Positions 57,992 to 64,000 of a stretch of DNA of 64,000 bases are shown piece after piece. The stretch covers positions 160,001 through 224,000 of the forward strand of contig CAWAGQ010000003.1 of NCBI GenBank assembly GCA_963781585.1. The letters run 5' to 3'. Each line of letters begins with the position of its first letter. Position 1 is the first letter of the stretch. Both the position numbers and the translations under genes were made by a program. The stretch is from an uncultured Gemmatimonadaceae bacterium (GTDB lineage Bacteria; Gemmatimonadota; Gemmatimonadetes; Gemmatimonadales; Gemmatimonadaceae). The notes beneath the pieces are model-generated. The model was not told the DNA's origin. It did not search any database and worked only from the letters and a program-made list of their open reading frames with translations.

Positions 57992-58895
57992 TCAATGGTA
58001 GGCTACGCCCCCGGTTGCGCCAGTGTTGAGCTGATGGCGCCGACGGCTGCTACGCCGCAGCCGCGCCGGCGAGCCCGGGAACGGCCAGGGCGGTTCCCTG
58101 ACCCGCAAACTTTCGGGCTGCACCGCGAACGCGATCGCACGTTCGGACATTTCGCTGTCCGAGAGTGCGGCACTCATCCGCGCGGGGCTTTGTCCGACCA
58201 CCCTTTGACACTCGGATCGTAGTCTCCTGCCCAGGGGATCCTGCAGCAGGAGTGCCACGGACTTCACTGAACTCCCCTGGAAGCGCGATCATCTGGTAAG
58301 CAAGCACCACATGCGCCGCGCACAGCACCCTGTGGGCACCACGCAAGCCGGCGCGATGGAGCTCGCGCGCGAGGGTGCGCCGGGAACGGCCTGCCGCCGT
58401 GGCGACAGCATCCGGATCCGCACACTCCGTCGCGTCGAGAAAGAGTGCGCGCAGCGTTTCTCGCAGGGACGGGTCCAGGCGCTCCAGCGTCTCCCGCAGC
58501 TGGGTCAGCAGCCCCTGAAGGAAGCTCGCGGCGGCGACCTCTGCGACCAGGCGCGAGAGATCGGCTCGTGCATCGTCTACGCCGACGACGACGAAACGTA
58601 CCATATCTCGTGCGAGCAGCTCACGGCAACGCTGAACACCGTTCGTCGAGGAGTAGACGACCACGGGAAAATTGGCGATCGATGTCAGGGTGCCGCGCAC
58701 CACTGGCCATGTGGCGTTGACCTGGGCCGATGGCAGGCGGAGGAATGGATCAATCACCGCAACATCGAATGGACGCCGGTGCAGGATCGCGACCAATTCG
58801 TCCCAGGTGTGCGCGGCAGTTGCGACGTGCGGGCCGCGAATTGCGGCGCCGAGGCGCGCCGATTCCGTGTCGTCCAGGTACGTCAGCAAGCGCAT
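57992..58895 (-). pseudogene. Receiver-like/AraC-type HTH regulator with a +1 frameshift (pseudogene or sequencing error)
   Basis: First HTH VATAAGRSRRTLARELHRAGL; removing one G from the G4 run at 58274-58277 joins it to PGSSVKSVALLL...RLRSECQRVVGQSP, a second HTH-like segment. Confidence 0.6.
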
Positions 58896-59341
58896 TGCAA
58901 GAGCTTCTCCCGACAGCGGCTGCTCCGTCCCGCGGGGAACCTGGGACGCGAAGCGCCACGCTCGCGCGTGCACGCAGCCTCAAGAGTACGTCGGCCGCAT
59001 GTCTCCCCTACATGCCACGAACCGGCTTCGCAACATCGCGCAGGGATGGCGCTCGCGTCACATGGTACCAGCGGAGTCGAGATGCCCCGGGGAGTGGACG
59101 GAGTTCGCTCGACTTGGCTGGATCTGACCGGTGTTGGCCGGATTTGGTCGATGTGTGGGAAATGCGGTCGCACGTATCTTGGGTTCCTCTCGCTGGCGCT
59201 CCCACGGGCGATGGTCCCAAACATTCAGCGAGGGGATGGCCGACAGTAGCGTCCGTAGAGCACTGCAGGGGCGGTCAAGAAGAGAGGTCGGCACACGGAC
59301 CTCTGACACGCGGCTTCCTGCATCATCTCGGGGGAACTCTC

Positions 59342-61101
59342 ATGCAGCTGATCAATCATAGCGACCTTGGCCCGCGTCATCTGGCCGTTCCCAACGCAGA
59401 AGGTTCAGGCCCATCGGGTCCGACCGCTGCAAATGTCACTTCGCGCCCGGCCGCCCAACCAATGCCAGGAACCGAGCCGCGGACGATTGACGTGACCTGG
59501 GTAGGGCCGCATTCCGGCGACGCCCCCTGGCGCGTCCCATGGGCACGCCGAAGCATGCTCCCCGCACTCGCGCTCGTCGCGCTGGCATGCGCGGACGTCA
59601 GCGAGAGTCCGATAGCGCCCCGGAACACCGTCGCATCGACCAGCCTGGCGGAAGCAACGTCCCCAGGAACGATTGCAGGGTCCTACATGGTTCGACTTGG
59701 ACCCGAAGTTTCCGGATGTCACCGTGCGAGCAGGTGATCTTGTTCGCTTGACGAATGGCGTACTGGGTGGAGCATGGGGTCGGCGTGTCCGAGGCTTTTC
59801 TCTTCACAATATCTCGGCCCAGGCAGCAGAGCTTCTCAGGTCGAGTCCAGGCGTCCTCTCGGTCGAGCCCCTTCGCTGGATGGCTGTAACTGGCTCCCAG
59901 TCCCTTCCGTCAGGAGGGCAGGCGGGCCCTCTGTGGGCGCTCGATCGCACTGACCACCATGGCAGCTATTCGTACGACGCGAGTTTCAGCTATACCAACG
60001 ATGGCGACAGTGTGCATGTCTACGTCGTGGACACAGGCGTAAGGGGTGGGCACAGCGAGTTCACCGGCCGCATCGGAAATGGCACGTGCATCGTTTCGTA
60101 CTACATCCTCGGCGTCTTTCAGTACCACGTTTCCTGTAGCCAGACGATAGACCCCATTGGCCACGGTACAGCCGTAGCGTCGGCGGCCGCTGGGAGCACG
60201 TACGGTATCGCCAAGAGCGCGATAATTCACCCGGTACGAGTTGCAAACACGGGGGGAGACATGGCGGAGGACGACGTGATCGATGGCCTCGAGTGGATCG
60301 CGTCCAACGCACAGTTTCCCGCCGTCGTCAACGTCAGCATCGCGAAGGGCGATTCGGCGGACGCCGGCAGTTTTGGTGTTCGCGACGCAATCGACGACGT
60401 GTTGGACCAGGGCATTCTGGTTTTCAAGGCGGCAGGCAACTGGAATGAAGACGCTTTCAACGACCGCTCCAATCGCGCTTCGGGATCTGTCGTAGTGGGC
60501 GGAGTTGACCCTTCCGACACCCGAGCATCGTTCAGTTCGTATGGATCGACGGTTGGACTTATGGGACCCGCCGTCGACATGCTTCTCGCGGGGAGTGGCA
60601 GCAATTCGGACTCCGGCTACTGGAGCGGCACTTCCTTCGCCACCCCAATGGCCGCTGGTGTCGCCGCGACCCTTCTGCAAGGCTACCACGGCATGAGTCG
60701 CACTGACCTCAAGAACTGGCTGCTCAGCAACGCTTCGCCGGTAACCGTCGGCGATGGGCACTCGGTTGCCAACCTGATACTGTTCTCCAACATGACGTTG
60801 CCATCGCCTCCGCCTCCGGCCCTCAGCGTCACGATCCTCGGGTCCAGCACCGTTCCTCCCAATTACTCGCAGTGCTGCTTCAGCGCCACCGTGTCGGGCG
60901 GCAACGGGAACAACGACTACGCTTGGACGAAAAACGGTTCCTCGGTGGGATCCAATTCTCCCGACCTTTACGTGTCCACGGGAAACCTCCGACTTCACAC
61001 TCGCGCTTACCGTGTCGGAGACTGGATTCTCGAACGGGAACACCTCTCGGTCGATTACCGTGTCCGCAGAGGCGCCGGGGGGTGCTTGCGATGTCTTCTA
61101 G
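59342..61101 (+). pseudogene. S8 subtilase lipoprotein (I9 prodomain, catalytic domain, PKD-like tail) split by two +1 frameshifts
   Basis: Lipobox-like LALVALAC; catalytic VVDTG, GHGTAVAS, AAGN, GTSFATP; frameshifts near 59709-59711 (TTT) and 60983-60985 (AAA); corrected tail TGTSDFTLALTVSE...ACDVF stops at 61101. Confidence 0.75.
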
Positions 61102-61170
61102 GCGAGCGCGCTGGGTGCGACGGCCCTTCGGTGCAGTCGATCCGGCCGGTCAGTCCGGCACGAAGGCTCC

Positions 61171-61734
61171 ATGAGGACCCCTCGAAGGCTTTGCTCTTCG
61201 TCAGGCCGGGGGCAAAATGCGAGTGCAGGCTCTTCCGGCTATGCCTCGCAGAAGCCACTCGTGCACAGGGCCTGCCCTCGCTGTAGCGTGGCGGTCGTGA
61301 CTTTCGCATGCGGCCTGATCCTGATGAGCGCTTGTCAGCCCGAACACCCCCTGTGCGCGCCCGATATCGTCTTCGTGGATCCGTTGATCACAATAACCGG
61401 TGCGAGGAACGCGGTTACGCAGACCGCCCTGGGCGAGATACGAATTGCCAACATCATGTTCAAAGGCAGTCCGTGGCCAATTTCTCAATTGCCCCATCTG
61501 GTTCGGGGACCGGAGGGTTGGGACGGGGTAACCGTCGACGGTTCACAACTGCGATGTACGCCCCGGTGCGCCTTTGGCGTCGACGAAGGCGCGTATCAGT
61601 TCACGTTTCGAGCAGACGGGTATCGCGACACGGTGGTAATCCTTGACGCCGCGTACTCGTCGCGGCAAGGAGGCTGCCATTTGAGGCTCGCGAAGGGCGA
61701 TTCTCTCTTCGTCACGCTTTCGCCGGTGCCGTAG
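61171..61734 (+). CDS. Hypothetical Cys-rich lipoprotein with a PEGA/Ig-like C-terminus
   Basis: LILMSAC lipobox-like; GAYQFTFRADGYRD; true start probably later (GTG ~61288). Confidence 0.6.
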   Translation: MRTPRRLCSSSGRGQNASAGSSGYASQKPLVHRACPRCSVAVVTFACGLILMSACQPEHPLCAPDIVFVDPLITITGARNAVTQTALGEIRIANIMFKGSPWPISQLPHLVRGPEGWDGVTVDGSQLRCTPRCAFGVDEGAYQFTFRADGYRDTVVILDAAYSSRQGGCHLRLAKGDSLFVTLSPVP

Positions 61735-61807
61735 CGCCGGGAGCATTTCGGAAGCAGTCGCGCGTCTCCCGATGGCATGGGGTGGTTGGGTCGGTCCAGG
61801 CCTGCCG

Positions 61808-62782
61808 CTACGCCGCCGCCGGGTCAGCGAGCCCCGGAATCCCATCGCGACCCACCGCCAGCCGCACCGCGCGTTCGATCGCCATCTCCAGCGCGCTCAC
61901 CGCCAACACTTCAACCTGGACCAGCGGCGCGGACGGCCCTTCGTGCGCACACAGCGCAAACACGATGTCGCCGTCGTAGCTCGTTCCCGCGGGCGTGATG
62001 CGACGATACAGAGCCGCTGCGCTCGCCGTCGCGAGCTGCTGAACCTCCAGGCGCGACAGCGCGGCGTTCGTCACCACCACCGCCAGCGTCGTGTTCGCGG
62101 ACGCCGCCTCGGCGCCGCGCAACCGGGGAGCGCCCCGCGCCAACAGACGCGACGCATCCAGGAACCCGCCATCCGGAGCCCGGGCGCCGGCGAGAATCTG
62201 CCCCCGGGCATCCCGCACGTCGCCGACCGCGTTCACCACCGCCACTGCGCCCACAATAATCTCGTCCGTCCGCTCCACCCAGCAGCCAACGCCCCCCTTC
62301 ATCGCACGTTCCACTCCCGCCGCCTTGCCGACCGTGGCGCCGGTGCCGGCACCCACGCTCCCCTCGGCAATCCCGGCCGCTCGGCCGTCCTCGCAGGCTT
62401 GGTACGCCATGTCCGCTGTGGGACGCGCATCGAATCGGCCCAGGGGGCCCAGGTCGAAGATCGCCGCCGTGGGCACCAGAGGCACGACACCGCCTCCAAT
62501 CGGGTATCCGCGCCCGCGCTCCTCCATCCAGCGCATCACCCCGGCCGCCGCGTCCAGTCCGTATGCCGAACCGCCGGTGAGAAGAATCGCGTCGATGCGG
62601 TCCGTGAGGTTGGCCGGCGAGGCTACCGCAAGCTCGCGCGTGGCCGTGGCGCGCCCCACCACGGCCGATCCTCCGCGAAAATGGCCGGTCTCACGCCGGA
62701 TGACGGTGAGTCCCGTTGCGCCGGCGGGGTTCGTGGCGTGCCCCACCACCACGCCCAGCGGCGTGAAATCCACTCCGGTCAC
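61808..62782 (-). CDS. P1 / DmpA-like peptidase (peptidase S58 family)
   Basis: TGLTV, TGGSAYGL, GSVGAGTGA, KGGVG, NAVGDV, ANTT, DGDIVF. Confidence 0.9.
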   Translation of the reverse strand: MTGVDFTPLGVVVGHATNPAGATGLTVIRRETGHFRGGSAVVGRATATRELAVASPANLTDRIDAILLTGGSAYGLDAAAGVMRWMEERGRGYPIGGGVVPLVPTAAIFDLGPLGRFDARPTADMAYQACEDGRAAGIAEGSVGAGTGATVGKAAGVERAMKGGVGCWVERTDEIIVGAVAVVNAVGDVRDARGQILAGARAPDGGFLDASRLLARGAPRLRGAEAASANTTLAVVVTNAALSRLEVQQLATASAAALYRRITPAGTSYDGDIVFALCAHEGPSAPLVQVEVLAVSALEMAIERAVRLAVGRDGIPGLADPAAA

Positions 62783-62976
62783 ATGGCTCCGGGCCGCGTC
62801 ACACCCGTCGCCGCCAGCCCCTCCTCCTGGCACTTCCGGCAATAGCGAACGCCGCGCATCGAACACATCAGACAGATGAACGTGCCGCACCCGTCGCAGG
62901 GATAGCCCTCGGAGGCACGCTCCTCGTTGCCGCAGGCGCGACAAACCATCGCGTCGTGTTCGTGTAGCTTGCTCAT
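62779..62976 (-). CDS. Small zinc-finger protein (4 x CxxC)
   Basis: CRAC, CDGC, CLMC and CRKC in 65 aa; AGAGGA RBS; GTGA overlap with the peptidase. Confidence 0.75.
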   Translation of the reverse strand: MSKLHEHDAMVCRACGNEERASEGYPCDGCGTFICLMCSMRGVRYCRKCQEEGLAATGVTRPGAM

Positions 62977-63118
62977 GAGATCATCCTCTGCAGTCCGGGA
63001 CACCAGGTCCCCGAATGTCCGGTGATATGGCCCTCACGAAGTACCCGAGAACGGCCCGACCGCCATGCGTGCGCACCGCGGAATCTTACGTGGCGCGCCG
63101 GCGCGTCGAAACAGCGCT

Positions 63119-64000
63119 TCATGTCGTGCTCTGCTCCGTCACCGCCCCTTCCGGTACCTCGTCGAAGGTGACGATCACGCCGCGATCCAGGTGAGGCGCG
63201 GCGGTGAGGTGAAGCCACCGGCCCGTCCCCGGGATCTGCACCGTGCCGCGCACCATGGTGCCCTCGCGCAGCGCGCGTTCGATGGGCCGGTCATCGTTAG
63301 GCGATGGGATCGCGCCGACGATCGCCTCGTAGAACGTCCGGCCGGCGAGTTCGCGCGGCTCGGTGTCAAGGGCGAGCTGGCGCGCCCGCTCATTATGTCG
63401 CACGATCCGCCCGGCATCATCCACGATCACCATCCCCACCCCGATCGCTTCGAACGTCGAGGTCCAGGCGCGCGACGCCTCGCTCAGCTCCTCGAACAGG
63501 CGCGCATTCACAATCGCCACCGCCACCTGATCGGCCAGCCGCTGCAGCACCCGCGCGTCCTCGCCGCCGAAATCGTCGGCCCGGTTGAAGAGCATGAGCG
63601 CGCCGAGCACTCCCCGGGAAGTCGACAGGGGCGCCACGATCATCTTCTCCACCGGGGCGAACCGCAGCGCCGGACGATACGTCCCTGGATCGCCCGACAC
63701 GTCGTTGGAGATGATCGTCGTCCCTTCGAGCACCGCGCGTCCGGCAATGCTGCCCGCCAGCGGGATGTGGACGCCGGAAAGCAGGTCCGCCATGCCCACC
63801 GCAGCCACGATGTGCAGATACTTTCCTTCGCGCAGTCCCACACACGCGCCGTCGCTGCGCAACAGTCCGGTGGCGTGACGAAGAATGAGGCGCACCACCT
63901 CGCCCATCCGCAGCGACGCGCTCACCGCCCGGGCCGCGTCCGCCAGCGCCTCGATCTGGCGGCGCTCGCGTTCGCTCTCGGCGAACAGCTGCGCGTTGCT
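63119..64000 (-). CDS. GAF/PAS sensory protein (5' end outside the window)
   Basis: GAF domain (APL...GAL...F...D..VL..LADQVAVAIVNARLF) followed by a PAS-like segment, then stop; frame is open to the window end. Confidence 0.85.
   Translation of the reverse strand, partial: SNAQLFAESERERRQIEALADAARAVSASLRMGEVVRLILRHATGLLRSDGACVGLREGKYLHIVAAVGMADLLSGVHIPLAGSIAGRAVLEGTTIISNDVSGDPGTYRPALRFAPVEKMIVAPLSTSRGVLGALMLFNRADDFGGEDARVLQRLADQVAVAIVNARLFEELSEASRAWTSTFEAIGVGMVIVDDAGRIVRHNERARQLALDTEPRELAGRTFYEAIVGAIPSPNDDRPIERALREGTMVRGTVQIPGTGRWLHLTAAPHLDRGVIVTFDEVPEGAVTEQSTT

Larger units (their letters stand above)
58049..61839. mobile_element. Putative integrated islet bounded by diverged direct repeats (no integrase present)
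   Basis: 28/33-nt direct repeat at 58049-58081 and 61807-61839, matching the 3' end of the P1 peptidase gene; visibly more A/T-rich codon usage inside. Confidence 0.5.
1734..63302. repeat. Dispersed over-represented octamer CGTTAGGC/GCCTAACG (20 exact copies, 4 one-mismatch copies)
   Basis: CGTTAGGC starts at 1734, 12326, 17051, 18600, 30630, 31173, 33365, 42134, 45767, 46795, 47921 and 63295; GCCTAACG starts at 9294, 28561, 35193, 35925, 38439, 49742, 54440 and 57387; variants at 2423, 10856, 22940 and 53845 (counted by eye). Confidence 0.85.

Noticed and set aside
57395..63294. Absence of the octamer from the islet as evidence of foreign origin
   Set aside because: A longer gap in exact copies (18608-28560) occurs in native genes, so this is not significant within one window
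1734..63302. GTTAGGC/GCCTAAC as integron attC sites, or TTA codons as bldA-type regulation
   Set aside because: Copies are single, mostly inside housekeeping genes and not paired as RYYYAAC...GTTRRRY hairpins, and no integrase is present; the motif also occurs in non-TTA frames and between genes

Overview
This is a high-GC (roughly 70% by eye) bacterial chromosome segment. Gene order and protein style point to Gemmatimonadota, which is an inference. Most of the window is housekeeping: tdh-kbl, ilvE, PBP1A, tyrS, an LPS/lipid A cluster headed by a PorX-like REC-PglZ regulator, yebC-ruvC-ruvA...ruvB-queA-tgt-yajC-def-fmt-rsmB-PASTA-rpe-tlpA-tsaD-lgt, a cytochrome c-FTR1 fusion, acpS and a VPS10/BNR protein. 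I found no rRNA, tRNA, CRISPR array or transposase. Four things stand out. (1) Four tandem small single-TM paralogs share a ~34-aa motif (RLxRIEQAxDAxAxEVERISExQRFxTxLL) and sit between an NtrY-like kinase and a sigma54 response regulator, followed by an Omp85-like barrel and a DUF4390-like gene; this is a candidate undescribed envelope-stress/Psp-like system. (2) The non-palindromic octamer CGTTAGGC/GCCTAACG occurs 20 times exactly, on both strands and in several reading frames, often forcing rare TTA codons, which looks like a DNA-level signal. (3) A ~3.8-kb island (AraC-like regulator, subtilase, lipoprotein) is flanked by a diverged duplication of the 3' end of a P1 peptidase gene and carries three +1 homopolymer frameshifts. 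(4) Seven genes have a TAnnTT -10 box 5-8 nt before the start codon, suggesting leaderless mRNAs.
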